Shown here one piece after another: positions 1 to 11,900 of a stretch of DNA of 64,000 nt. The stretch comes from Paraphysomonas bandaiensis (lineage: Eukaryota; Protista; Chrysophyceae), in assembly GCA_965644295.1 (NCBI GenBank), contig CBFFRP010000271.1:1-64000 (forward strand), given 5' to 3'. The position numbers were made by a program, and so were the translations under genes. The notes beneath the pieces were generated by a model. It ran no database searches. It was given only the letters and a program-made list of their open reading frames with translations, and had not been told where the DNA came from. How positions within the stretch are numbered: the first letter of the stretch is position 1; the number at the start of each line of letters is the position of its first letter.

Positions 1-143
1 ATTAATGACACGCATCATCACCCACCGACTTCTTCAAATCTGGGAAGACGACGATGTTCTACACCCGGCAAAACACACGGCTACAGGTGGAGACATGGCA
101 CAGACACTGCCATCCTTCGCTTACTAGCGGCCACCGAACTGGC
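1..143 (+). mobile_element. Fragment of a non-LTR (LINE) reverse transcriptase, RT domain 2 region, frameshifted
   Basis: Translates as LMTRIITHRLLQIWEDDDVLHPA.. then, after a +2 'ca' slip, HGYRWRHGTDTAILRLL. This resembles the LINE RT 'QhGFr.grgt..ai' motif. Truncated by the window start. Confidence 0.6.
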
Positions 144-164
144 AATTATTTAATACCAAACTAC

Positions 165-700
165 ATATATTGAAAGTCTTCCTTTTTGGCAGTAGTAGGA
201 GTTAAAAATCTGCACCAGGGTAGTGGCTAGTTGAATGCTAGATAGACAAACTAGTTAGACCTCTATCTATAACTAATCAGTGCAAACTCTATTATCCTAC
301 AGAAGCTGCTTGTGCGTCACCGCAGGACAAAGGTGCGACCATTTCAGTTCTTAATAATGTTGATTGCGAGTTTCGATATTGTTTTGTGTCCTAGGACTCT
401 TTGGCGCGTGTTATCAGGCGTATCTCCTTGGAATGAGACTCCACAGGGCTTTGTGGTGGTACCGGGGTTTATGTAGTAAGGTCGTGAGTGTACCGAGTGC
501 TAGGTGGAGAAATGGAATATGAATGTGAATGTGGCGCTGTCTCAGTGCACTGTTTGGGCCTCGAGCATAGGTAGAGTTGCCGGAGACGGAGTCGTTGTCG
601 TGGGCGGGAATTTTTTTTACGGTCCTGACGGGTGCCTTAAGTTCTTCAAACAATATGTGACTAGCACAACCACATCCAACCAGTTGCAACTCATCGAATA
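165..700 (-). mobile_element. Degraded 3' end (ORF tail plus 3' UTR) of a LINE related to the 26879-30087 element
   Basis: 165-420 aligns by eye to the LINE 3' UTR at 26880-27120 (e.g. agctgcttgtgcgtcaccgca..ggtgcgaccat; gtgtcc..ggactc). The right boundary is approximate. Confidence 0.65.
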
Positions 701-1254
701 AGTAATCTCCTAGTGACTCAGCAGTGTAGTTCATCTTGCACATCACAGCAAAGTAGGCTGTACCTCATTGGCATCGGTCCATTCAGTATATTCTCATTGT
801 TGTTGGTGAAGCCTTGCATACGTACTTCAAAGTACCAAATGAAGTACAACTCACATCAACAAGAAGAAGAATTGATATTTAGTTGCGTGCTGGGGCATTT
901 CTTTCGTTCCACTTACTACGATTTTAATTTTTACATTTTACTACGGTTTCAATTTTTTTTTACATTACTACGATTTCAATTTTTACATTACTACGATTAT
1001 TTCAATTTTCAAGCCAAATTTCGGATATTTCTCCTTTTTTACATTTAAGTTTACTAGTATTTGTTATTTAATCGTGTTTATAATATGTTAATCGCAATAC
1101 TTAGCGCTTAATCTATATATAAACACAGAATGAACACCTGTATGGACTTCATTTATACGGCTTTTTCTGATGAACTACCTTATAAACTACCGTATAATAG
1201 CGGCGACTTCGATCTTGGATCATGCATGAGCTTTGCTGCAGCAAAAGCGGGAGA

Positions 1255-1560
1255 AGCAGACGTCAATTATGACTCAACCAACTCGGATTCGACACAAGCG
1301 AAAAGCCTGTATGCTGAAATTCGATGTGAAGTAAACTTATCCAGATGGCAGCAGAAGTCCCGTGCATGGTTCTATTGCAAGCCTGATCGTTTATACTCAA
1401 CAAAACATCTAATCGCGCTTATAAAGCAGGATAAAACTCAGATGACAAGATTACCAATATATCGACTCGAACAGTATTAGAACGCGAAAAACTACCTATG
1501 CTAAGCGAAAATGAAGGTAATAACTACCTATGTGGTAAGTCATTTCGAGCTCTATGAAAG
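1255..1560 (+). mobile_element. Degraded copy of the Ty1/copia gag N-terminus (same family as 53899-59636)
   Basis: YDSTNSDST, SRWQQKSRAWFYCKP and YRLEQY match YDSTDSDST, SRWQKKCRAWFYRKP and YRLEQY of the 59361 gag, with frameshifts. Confidence 0.8.
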
Positions 1561-2734
1561 CGACATTAAGTATTTTTGATTCGGAGGAAAGGGGTCGTAT
1601 TTCATATGTATGTATGGTGTGTTAAGTATGCATATGTATTATGGTCATGTTGTGCGTGTTGTAAGCACTGCTCGTGCTGTGTTTTTGCGGTGAAGTGTGA
1701 TAGGTTAAAGGTTCAGGAGGGATCAAAGCAGGGGGAATGGAAAGTGTTCTAGCGTGCACAATCAAACGATGTCCACACGAGTCCACTCACCTCAATCTAC
1801 TGCCTTGTGATCAAACACTGTCATGAAGACATTTGCGTCCTTCCTGAAAGGCAGTTATAAGCCTGAAACTCTGAACCACATAGTAAGAGTGTCTTCTGAG
1901 TGCGGTATGACCTCTGTAGCATTCGGATGTATGTGTGTGTGTGTCTGTATGATATATATATGTATATATATATGTATGTATGTCTGTGTTCTCAGGATGT
2001 GTGAATCTATGTCGTAGTTATTCATTTTATCATTTCAGTATAGTTTGTAGGTTACTGTAGTCATCATGAAAAACCTGTTCGCTATGCTCAACACCTATGT
2101 CAGTTTGTTGCTGCATAACCTGCATGATGACGTGTGCATGTGGGGCTGTTTTTGTATAGAAATAGTGATGTTTGTACGACTGTTACAACCAGCAGAGTTC
2201 GAAATGCTTGTCTTGTGAATTTTTAACTAATCATGCTATATGTGTGGTATGCTATGTGTGATACGCTATATAGCTATATGTAGCATTTAACATTCTATGC
2301 ACTCACACTTATTACTACATAACTTACGTTATATACCTCATCATTATAGCATACAAATCACACACTATACACATATATAACACCACACGCAGCGTTTGTA
2401 CTGATTCCTCTCTAGCTGCAGATAGAAGGAATTAGATATCAATGTAGTACATTCACATTCATCCACACCTTCTGATATCTCTATATGTATGTGTATTACC
2501 TGCATATTGTATGGCATATACGTCATAAGCACGGTCTATATGACACGAATATGACGTATGTAAGGTATATGCACACATAAGGTCCATTCATCTTGTTATG
2601 AGGCTTCTGGTACTCTCTGTGTGGTCTTCATATTCCTGTGGAGCGCAATGGACTCTAACTTCTCTCATTCATTATCGTTGGAGTCGGGTGCCTGAGCAAT
2701 GGAAATGTAGACAGCAATGGAAACGCCCAAGAGT

Positions 2735-3410
2735 GCTCGCACTTTTTCGTGTTGTTCTGGGGGATAAGTACCGGAGAGATTCTCTCTGGGAAACTAACGT
2801 GAGCCGCAAACATATAGTCAGCAGATATTCTTTTCTGCCCACTCATAGCCGAATGCTTATGTGGTACAAGGGACACCAATAAGTGTCAATTGTGTAGACG
2901 TCTTTCAACCCTGAAGAATAAACAGGTATCCGGGAATGGGCCCACCTCAAGGGCATCCGGAACAGGGCTCACCTCAGGGGTAGTATCCGGGGTATTGGGC
3001 TGCCTGCTGAAGTCAAGCATCCGGGATGTTCGCCTTAAGAACTGGTCGCACCTTGGTGCTTGCGGCGACGCACAAGCAGCTTCCGTTGCGTTAAATAGTA
3101 GGATTAAAAAGTGTATACTGATTAGTTACAGGTAGAGGTCTATAACTAGTTTGTCTAGCATTCATCTAGCTACTAAAAGTTGGTGCAGGTTTTTAACGCC
3201 TATTGCTAATATAATAAGACCTTCAATATATACCTTGGTGCAGATTTTTAACGCCTCTACTGCTAAATAAGAAGACTTTCAATATATGTAGTTTAGTAGG
3301 ATAATAGAGTGAGTTATGGGTAGAGGTCTAAATAGTCTCTCTAGCATTCAGCTAGCCACTACATTGGTGCAGATTTTTAACGACTATTGCTAAATAATAA
3401 GACTTCAATA
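2735..3410 (+). mobile_element. SINE-like non-autonomous retroelement copy with several tandem partial LINE-type 3' ends
   Basis: Shares ataagtaccggaga..aactaacgtgagccg..gacac.aataagtgtc..ccgggtattgggctg..gcaccttggtgcttgcggcgacgcacaagc with copies at 8574, 30984 and 36562. The 3' tail 'cctattgctaaataa..gac.ttcaatat' occurs three times. Confidence 0.7.
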
Positions 3411-3487
3411 TGCTTGTTAAATTGTTACATTAGTTCTGACTCTAACAATGCAGATTTAAGCTTAGTAATAGTAAGAAGTAAGAAGGG

Positions 3488-3697
3488 TGTTGTGATTATG
3501 AAAGCGTAAGTAAGTGATGAACACAGTAACGTACTAGAAAAGTGAATAATAATGCAGAACATAACTATCGCACACTCAACGGAATAGAGTTAGAAGTATA
3601 ACAACTGACAATGACGATAGTTGTGATGACGATCCAGTATCTTCAAAAGATACAATCATTAATTCAGTTCATGATATATTTCATTGAACATCATATT
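3488..3697 (-). mobile_element. Diverged solo-LTR relic related to the copia LTR
   Basis: tgttgtgatta..atgaacac..caacggaatag..gttagaagt..tgatgacgatc..gtatcttc..aattcagttcatg.tatatttcattgaa is colinear with LTR 53899-54163. Confidence 0.7.
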
Positions 3698-4640
3698 ATA
3701 ATATATTAAAGATCTGATTATTACATGAGAGAACTTATTGCATTTATCTATCTATTACTCCAGCATTGAACGTAATAACTCACATACGTAACGACTACGG
3801 GTGATTGAGCCTCGCCATCATGACTAACATTGCTGGTCTTAATTGTCATCCCTCATGTGCACAGGTGATGTAGGGTAGGAATTATCTTCTTACAACACTC
3901 TTCACTTAACTTACTTATCTTACTCTTTACTTCGCTACTTCTTAAATTTCAACTCAACTACGATATCAACTCTCTACGATATCTAAAAATCCATATCCTT
4001 CTATATATATAAAGATCTGATTATTACAGGAGAGAACTACTTTGTTAAGCTATCTACGACTTTAGACTAGTGGTAGCAGAGTTGATAAATACTGAGTTGT
4101 CTCGGGACTGCTTGTGCATTGCTGCAAGCACCTTGGTGCAACCATCCCTAATTCTTCTACCTATATCCCCATAGTTAATTCTAGAAGCGGTTTCCCAGCC
4201 TTAAATAGCTAGTTTTCTACTTCCAGAAATAATCATATAGAAATCCCTTAACATCCTGCTATCTACTCCTATATCATCCTACAGAATACCTACGTATACC
4301 ATCATAATACTGTACGGGTTACCAAAAACGTCCGTGAGACCCGTATACACAGATAGTCACGGTACACTCCAACCCTATATCTGGCCTTAATACTCGTATC
4401 TTCTAATCTAATCATAACTACTATCTACATCTCATCTCATTCTACAACCCACATCACTTACTTCATCTTATTCTTAAGCCATAACAGCCTCCTAAATCAC
4501 CCATACTTGTCATAATACCCAATTTTGCTACACATATGCTATCTTATATTAGGATGAATCCTAATATTAATCCAACCAATTAATAATAATAATTTTAAAT
4601 ATCATTTAAAAAACAATTAACTTAATTGACAATGCAACTA

Positions 4641-5987
4641 TTAGCTTATATCGTTCATATCTGAGGTAACAGATGATCCATAGTTGGATATTCCATTCTC
4701 AGCTTTAAGTTTACAATTATTAAGGTTATACCGCTGCAGAGCAATTTGATACATGCACCCACCAAGCAAACCAAAAATAATTAGAGTAAAAACCATTCCT
4801 ACTCGAGTCATGGAACCGAAGAAGAAAAAGCCAAAACCATTGCCCACGAAGAAGAAAAAATATAGCATAGCGAATGCATCTTCAGATTTGTTTGGAATAG
4901 TTCCGTACATATCCGCAACAATTGCTTTGTTCAAACTCTCCCACACACCTAGAGTAACTCCTTCCAGCATGAGATACGGACATATGCATCGCCATGTTCC
5001 AAGCTCATCATCGGGAACCAAGAGAAGGACAATCCCCAGTGCAACAATGCACGCTCCTGCGATGAATATAACCAACTGCTTGCCTACATAGGCTATAAGA
5101 GTAGACGAAATCATGGAAAGAAAAGCTGCACATATGACAACTGATGCAGCAAGGACACCGACGTATGAATGACCAAGTACTTCAGAGTGTGCGATGATCG
5201 TGCCATATACATACGATGATACGAAACTCAGTGATAGCCCGCTGGCAAGCTGGAACCATCCAATAAAAAAAAAATACTGATCTTCCACTATGATGAATGA
5301 ACTTTTGACAGCATCCGATAAAGTAAATCGTAGCATTATGCTTTCGCTAGCTACAAGGCCTAAATCACTCACGCGACATATCAAGACACAAGATATTACC
5401 GACATTGTGGAATACAGGGAAAATACTGGAATAGGACCTATAGCTGGAAAAGAAAAAAATATACCAGTAGCGCTTATCTTCAGTAAGACCTCTAGACATA
5501 GGAAGATGCTCGCAAAAATTGATACAAATTTGGCGTTGCATGTTTCAAGTTCGATCCCACTACCTGAGGAGTACAGAGCAGCGGCCGTACTGAAGTACTT
5601 TCCTTGTGCTGTCCATTGTAACCCACTCGCTGCACCTCCCACTGCACTTGACACAATGAAAATAAACCATGCAGAGTCAGGAAAGATAAGTGAAATCAAA
5701 AAACCAAATACAAACACGCAATTTCCAACAAGCCCAACGATCATTGTAAACTTAGGGCCGTACAGCTGGACAAAGTTTCCTGCAACGAGAAAAGCGCAAA
5801 TCGCATTGCAAATGTATAGTGTCCCATTAGAATAGCGACTGAGGGCGCCCGGAAACTCCGTTGACGAATATGCAACACAAGACATCACAGTTGCATGACA
5901 TAACGAAAACGACAAAGAAAATAATATATAATCTCTTAATTGTTGTTCTGGTAGTGTCTGCAGAAGCGGTGTCACATACTGCGGCAT
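4641..5987 (-). CDS. UNC-93-like major facilitator superfamily membrane protein (448 aa, intronless)
   Basis: Continuous ORF with about 11-12 hydrophobic segments. The motif GAASGLQWTAQGKY matches the UNC-93 family 'lwtaqg.y' signature. Confidence 0.8.
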   Translation of the reverse strand: MPQYVTPLLQTLPEQQLRDYILFSLSFSLCHATVMSCVAYSSTEFPGALSRYSNGTLYICNAICAFLVAGNFVQLYGPKFTMIVGLVGNCVFVFGFLISLIFPDSAWFIFIVSSAVGGAASGLQWTAQGKYFSTAAALYSSGSGIELETCNAKFVSIFASIFLCLEVLLKISATGIFFSFPAIGPIPVFSLYSTMSVISCVLICRVSDLGLVASESIMLRFTLSDAVKSSFIIVEDQYFFFIGWFQLASGLSLSFVSSYVYGTIIAHSEVLGHSYVGVLAASVVICAAFLSMISSTLIAYVGKQLVIFIAGACIVALGIVLLLVPDDELGTWRCICPYLMLEGVTLGVWESLNKAIVADMYGTIPNKSEDAFAMLYFFFFVGNGFGFFFFGSMTRVGMVFTLIIFGLLGGCMYQIALQRYNLNNCKLKAENGISNYGSSVTSDMNDIS

Positions 5988-6712
5988 GAATCACTAAATT
6001 TCTCTTTTAATTCGGTGTTGTCGAGACTACTTCCATCAATGTCTCTGGAAGAATAGACATAAGCGCAGCGCTCTCCATATGCGTGGACCTTACATTTCCT
6101 TATGATTTTTTACCCCTACTGGAAATACTTCGTACCATAAATAAGGAAGTGCGCTGGTTTTGTTTTTTAGAAGCGCTTTTTGATCAATAAGCGCGCTTTT
6201 TTGGGGTGCCCTTATTATTGATCGAAAAATTGCCGACCACAGCCTAATAAAAAACTCCCTCATCTAGGTCGTGCTGGTGTATGCCTAGTATTTCGAACAC
6301 TTTTTTTTATTTAGCTACGTAGCAACCGCCAACCATAACTATCATATTGAAAATCCTGTAGAATATGGTAAAAACCCTCCAACCCGAGGCAGAAATTTCC
6401 AGGCACACATTCCTCCTGTATTACAATATAATACAATATATAATACTGTACATTTAGGATCCGGGAATGTAGGATTGCTACTTGTACTCGCTCAGAGTAC
6501 AAATAGAGTACAACACTGTGTATGGGCTAATAGATATGAGTGCACTGCGTCCACTGGATCCTCCTATTAGATATAAAGAAGAATAGAAGGTGACACTAAC
6601 AGAATCGAAGGTGTTCTGGAATAATCAAATGGTTGGCGCATAATATTTCACATACAATACAGTAGCTTACCTCACAATTCGGAGTTCGTAATAAGTTTAT
6701 ATATTCTCAGTT

Positions 6713-7801
6713 ATGACCCGTTTTCACAACACCATCCTTACCGCCCTTTTGTCTTTCGTGTTTGGGTTGGAGAATACGCATGTGCTTGACCACTGCCAGT
6801 GCAATGTCCACTTCGATGATATCTACTACTCCCGTGTCTCGATCGAGAACGAAGTATCGTTGTGCCCTCGTCGAAATCCAGTGGTATGGAGTTCGGATAG
6901 GAATAGTGTGAACGATGGACTGACAGCCGATCAATTGGATTTCTACGACGAATACGGCTACATCGTGCTTCCTTCGTTGTTCTCAAAAGTTGAAATCAAT
7001 GAACTGTTGCATAACATTACAGATATCTATCTACCTGACATCTCACACCGCAAAGATTTGCTAGTGATGGAACAGAATGGACAGGACGTTCGTTCCGCGT
7101 TCGAATACCATAAACACCCTGTCTTCCAGGAAATTATATCAGATTCTCGAATTCTGAGTAAAGTAGAGCAAATTTTGAACAGCCATGCTTACATTCATCA
7201 GTCACGTATCAACTTTCAAAAGGCTTTCACTGGTCAGGGGTTTTCGTGGCACAGTGACTTTGAAACATGGCATTGTGAAGACGGTATGCCTCTCCCCAGA
7301 GCATTGTCGGCAGTAATTATGCTCGATGACACGTTTGCCTTTAACGGAGCGCTTATGGTAGTTCCTGGGTCACATAAATCTTATGCTGTGTCAGTGGGAG
7401 AAACTCCGGAGAGAAACTGGGAAACATCTCTCGTTGACCAGAGAGTTGGTGGACCGAGTGGACAGCAGCTAAAATGCCTATTTGAGGGTGCTTCGCGTTT
7501 GACATCTCGCCAAACTGGTGTGAATACTTGCGAAGACTCCTCTAGCACCCCAGCATCGAGCAAGCCTACCCATGGAGTTCAGTACGTTGAAGGTCTTGCG
7601 GGTACAGTATTTTTCTTTGATTCGAACTTGATGCACGGCTCGCACAGTAACATCAGTCCGCTTGACCGAAGAAGCCTGTATATGGTTTATAACAGTATGG
7701 AGAACCAGCTGAAAGACGAGCCTTATTGTGCTCCTAACACACGACCAGAACGACTGGCCACAAGGGATCCTGTGTGGATTCATGATATCAAGCGCGATTA
7801 G
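6713..7801 (+). CDS. ectD: Ectoine hydroxylase (Fe(II)/2-oxoglutarate dioxygenase, PhyH fold), intronless, with an N-terminal hydrophobic leader
   Basis: Carries the EctD signature FSWHSDFETWHCEDGMP (F-x-W-H-S-D-F-E-T-W-H-x-E-D-G-M-P), plus D-x-Y-x-SR, HQSRINF, the distal iron ligand in DSNLMHGS and the 2-OG-binding Arg region. Confidence 0.93.
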   Translation: MTRFHNTILTALLSFVFGLENTHVLDHCQCNVHFDDIYYSRVSIENEVSLCPRRNPVVWSSDRNSVNDGLTADQLDFYDEYGYIVLPSLFSKVEINELLHNITDIYLPDISHRKDLLVMEQNGQDVRSAFEYHKHPVFQEIISDSRILSKVEQILNSHAYIHQSRINFQKAFTGQGFSWHSDFETWHCEDGMPLPRALSAVIMLDDTFAFNGALMVVPGSHKSYAVSVGETPERNWETSLVDQRVGGPSGQQLKCLFEGASRLTSRQTGVNTCEDSSSTPASSKPTHGVQYVEGLAGTVFFFDSNLMHGSHSNISPLDRRSLYMVYNSMENQLKDEPYCAPNTRPERLATRDPVWIHDIKRD

Positions 7802-8573
7802 GCGCCTGGTGCTGAAATAGAACAGCGAGTTGTGTTTCTCAATCGAGAAATTAGTTTTTAAGCTATAGGACTGACGTACATCTTTGCGCGGTCTGCATGA
7901 GTGTTTGTCCTTCACCTTGCTTCCATTGACTTAAGTCCTTGATTATTTTGTACGCTACGAAAATTTCTCGCGTTTTGCTTCGCTAAAGTTTAATAATTTT
8001 AATAATTTTGATAAAATGATGGTGTAAAAAAGTGAAGCAACTGATACTGATCATGTAGTGAAATGATGGTATCTATAATTTTAATTGGTTTTATCGCACT
8101 AGTTGTTATGTTTACCTTATGAATGTATTGTTAAATGCTGCAGTTTAAGGTTTTCGAATTGTATCTGTTGGTAATGAATTCATTAGCTGAATACAGAATT
8201 ACATGGACTCGATTGATTGCTACGAGTTACGTTGGACTAACTGACTAGCTAATGTATAGTGACTGTATAAGATCGTGCTTGTCCGTTTTGTCCAATGTTG
8301 TAAATCATTTAAATGAATGATATATGAAGCTATTATTGTATAACGATAAGGATGAAGAAGTGTAGGTATCTGTATGATATGAGAAGTAAATAGTGGTCAT
8401 GATCAGATCAAAGGATATAAGTATGAAGGGTTGGAATGTACAGGGACCTACATGCAGACAAAACGAATGTTTATGTAACATGGTTACCCGTACCCCATAC
8501 ACTATTATGCTAGGTTACATAGGTATTCTGTACGGTGTTAGGTACAGAATAGCAGTGTAGGTAGTACCCTCAA

Positions 8574-8950
8574 CAAAGTCGAATTTTCACCTTTTCGTGG
8601 AGTTCTGGGGGAAAAGTACCGGATATGAACTTCTCCGGGAAACTATCGTGAGCTATCGTGAGTTAGATAGTTAGCAGATAATTTTCTTCCCACTCAAGCA
8701 CAAATGCTTGTGTGGTTGAAGGGACACCAATAAGTGTCACTTGTGTAGACAAGCATGCGGTGTATGGGTCGACCTCATGGACATCCGGGTTATTGGGCTG
8801 CCTGCTGAAATCAAGCATCCGCGCTGTTCACCGTAAGGACTCAAATATCCTGAAGTCAGCAGATGTCAGGTATATCAATATTCTGTTTGCTCACTGCGTT
8901 TTCTTTGATTATAGAGCGAAAGTGGTTTCACCTTTTGGTGCATTGCTATT
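8574..8950 (+). mobile_element. SINE-like element copy
   Basis: Same core as 2735 and 30984 (aagtaccgga..gtgag..gacaccaataagtgtcacttgtgtagac..gggctgcctgctgaa..agcagatgtcaggtatatcaa..aaagtggtt.cacctt.ggtgc). Confidence 0.7.
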
Positions 8951-11900
8951 ATGAGAAATCCCGCGTAATCTTAGCGAAGGTGAACACGGTCGGAGCGTAA
9001 TCTATGCTGTCAGCTTCGTTGGTCCACGGGTAGGCGGGTGGTAAAATAAGCGCAAAATCTCGGTGTACCAGCGAGCCTATATTATGGCCACGCACTCGGA
9101 ATGGGGAAATACTATTGACGAAGCGCTATGTTGTAAAAATAGTATTGCGATAGAGTATATTTTGTTCCCTGTATCCCTGGTTGAGAGAATATAATTATGG
9201 GGAATACGTATCAATTAATGATAATATGAGATAGATGATGTTGGTAATAAGTTTTACTAATCTTTTTTATATATATATTATATAATATAATATATGTGAG
9301 TTGTTGAAATACAGTTACTTAAGCTATTTCACCTTCCAAATATTGTATTCGGTAATGGTAAGTTTTAGTTGTTACTGCTTAAAGTTCTAGTATAGTACAA
9401 CTATAATATTATAATATTATGATGATAACTATAATAAGACAAACAACACACTTAAAGCTATCTATTGCCACTCTGAACCATAAACAATCACTACTTCATA
9501 AGCTCTAGTTACACACTGTTACAAACACTAAATACGTGGTCAAATCAGTTGACCAGGTTTGGTCATGCCACAGACTTTTATGTCAAACTTTGATTGTCAT
9601 TGTAAAAATAACAATTACAAAAAATAGTAATTATATATCTAATTTTTTAGTGATTATAAAAAGTTTTCTTATTTTCCAGTGCTATTGTGGTAGGAATGTA
9701 TAAGAAAGTCTGATTATTACATGAGAACGGTTGGGTACAGAAACTAGTATTTATATCTATAGGCTGACTAAACTGGACTTGCTATGTACTACTAGTGGCG
9801 GGCAACAGTCTCAGGACTGCTTGTGCATTGCTGCGAGCACCATGGGTATACGTTCTAGTAGGAGAGAGATGGAGTATTTGGAGGAGTTATGTGGTAGGAA
9901 TGTATACTCATACAGAATCGTTATAAATAATACAGTATGTATATTCACCATACTATAGACTACTTTGAACTAGATTTGAAAGTCAACGAATAGCCAAATA
10001 TATTTAAACACTATATGGTATATATGGTATATATATACTAGTTGTACGTATTATACACATATACATCTATATATACGCGGCATATGTATTGAAAATATAA
10101 ATATTACTGTAGAATAGTCACAGCAATTATTATGTCATATATATATATTGTGTTTCGTTTGCGCTGTATACGACGTTCTAATTCGATTATTTCGTATACA
10201 GTAGATATGTATTATAATATATGCTATTTTCAAAATTATGTCTATTTCACTATTCGATACATATATATATTATTATGGTAAAAATCATGATATTATTGGT
10301 AATAATAATATATATTATAATAAGCAACGCCCATGTATGTATTTCAAGATAACATTTTATATAAAAAAGCATTTATATGAATCATTCTCTAGAGCATCTA
10401 GCTATATTATATAGCTAACTAGCTTAACTTTTAGCATATATATATATATAGCATTCATCGCTTATTTTGAATCCTCCCTGTAATGATATGGACCGTATGA
10501 CAACAACCCAGCGGTAAGTTACTTGAGGCACATAAAAGGTTATTAGTATATATAATATATATATATTATGATTATTATGTAAGCGTTATAATATTATTAC
10601 TATATATTATTATATATAAAATATATATTATAATATACACAGTAACTTCGTCAAAGAAAAGGACTAAAAGACAGCAATGGGAAATAGTGACAGAACCTAC
10701 AACAGAATGGTGGGTAGATCAAAGCACTCTCTCATTTGAGAATGTTGTGACCGGAAGACGTCGACATAGTAGTGGGATATAGTACAAAGAATAGCTCTAT
10801 ATATAATATTATGCTTGATGGAATAGCTTGAAGAACTGTATAATATATATGTATGTTGTGTAGTCGGTGACTTTTGTTGCTCTGTAAAACTGAAGTAATA
10901 TGCATGAAAGTAGTAAAACAATATTCTTCACACTATTAATAATATATTCATATATATAGTTACTTATTGTGCTTATATATATTTAAACCTTTTCCCGACC
11001 ATCATCAAAATTTTCACCTGTAGTTTATACATTTCACCAGGTTGTGGTATTACCTCGACTTATAATATCTATATTGTGATGATGTGTGCAGTAGTTTATA
11101 AATTATATATATATATTATATTATGACTGTTACAAAAACGATGGTACATGCACACAATAATGCTGGTAAATACAACATCACATCCGTGTAGAAAACAGTA
11201 TAGAGGAAGCATGACAACAAAGCCAGTAACAGCAGCAGTGAATGCAAGAATGGAAGTCGTTCTTTCAAATAGCAAGCCTAAAGTCGTATGATATAATTGT
11301 TATTCATTCAATGAGAGCATATATATTATTTAATAAACTGCCATACCTTCGGGTCAGCTCAGGTGTGCTTGACATACGACGTCACTTCTCTCCTTTCTCG
11401 GTTCTCAACTTGGGTCAATAGGATTATAATGTATCCAGCCACGCAGTATAATAATAAGGGCCTGTCCATTAGCATCAATACAAGGACAATTATAAATTCA
11501 TCCACGTGTGTGAAACCTTCGACTTTTTCGTACTGTTTGATCCACTATTTGACCGATTTAATGTCAAGATTATATATCGTTTGGAAAAGGACTTGAGGAA
11601 TACAGTACCACTTTGTTTGGATCCGTTCCTATTCAAGTTTCTATCCATTTATATCGGTTTTCCTTAAGGGAAAGCCTTTAAGAGATCTGTTTACCTCGGC
11701 AGTAGTTTGCCGCAGTGCAGAAGTATATTGTATATTAAGAAGGATATGCAACAGATTTAGATTACATCATACATGACAGGAAGTATACTCTTGTGATATA
11801 TATGCTCAGATTTTCCACATCACAATACTATAATGGTCATGGCATAAATATAGAATATATGACAGTTATTGACTATAATTTCCATTCGAATTGGTTTAAC

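Noticed and set aside
2740-3050. Hammerhead, twister or group I/II intron identity for the SINE head
   Set aside because: Partial look-alikes (ctgaaga, gtgagccg) lack the remaining catalytic-core nucleotides and are not conserved across copies.
4753-5835. Plus-strand ORFs of 112 and 181 aa, and similar antisense ORFs over pol, eIF3h and the 960-aa gene
   Set aside because: They are antisense shadows of well-supported coding sequences.
6713-7801. Bacterial contamination as the source of ectD
   Set aside because: The gene is embedded among eukaryotic TEs shared with the rest of the window, has no operon context and carries a eukaryote-style N-terminal extension.
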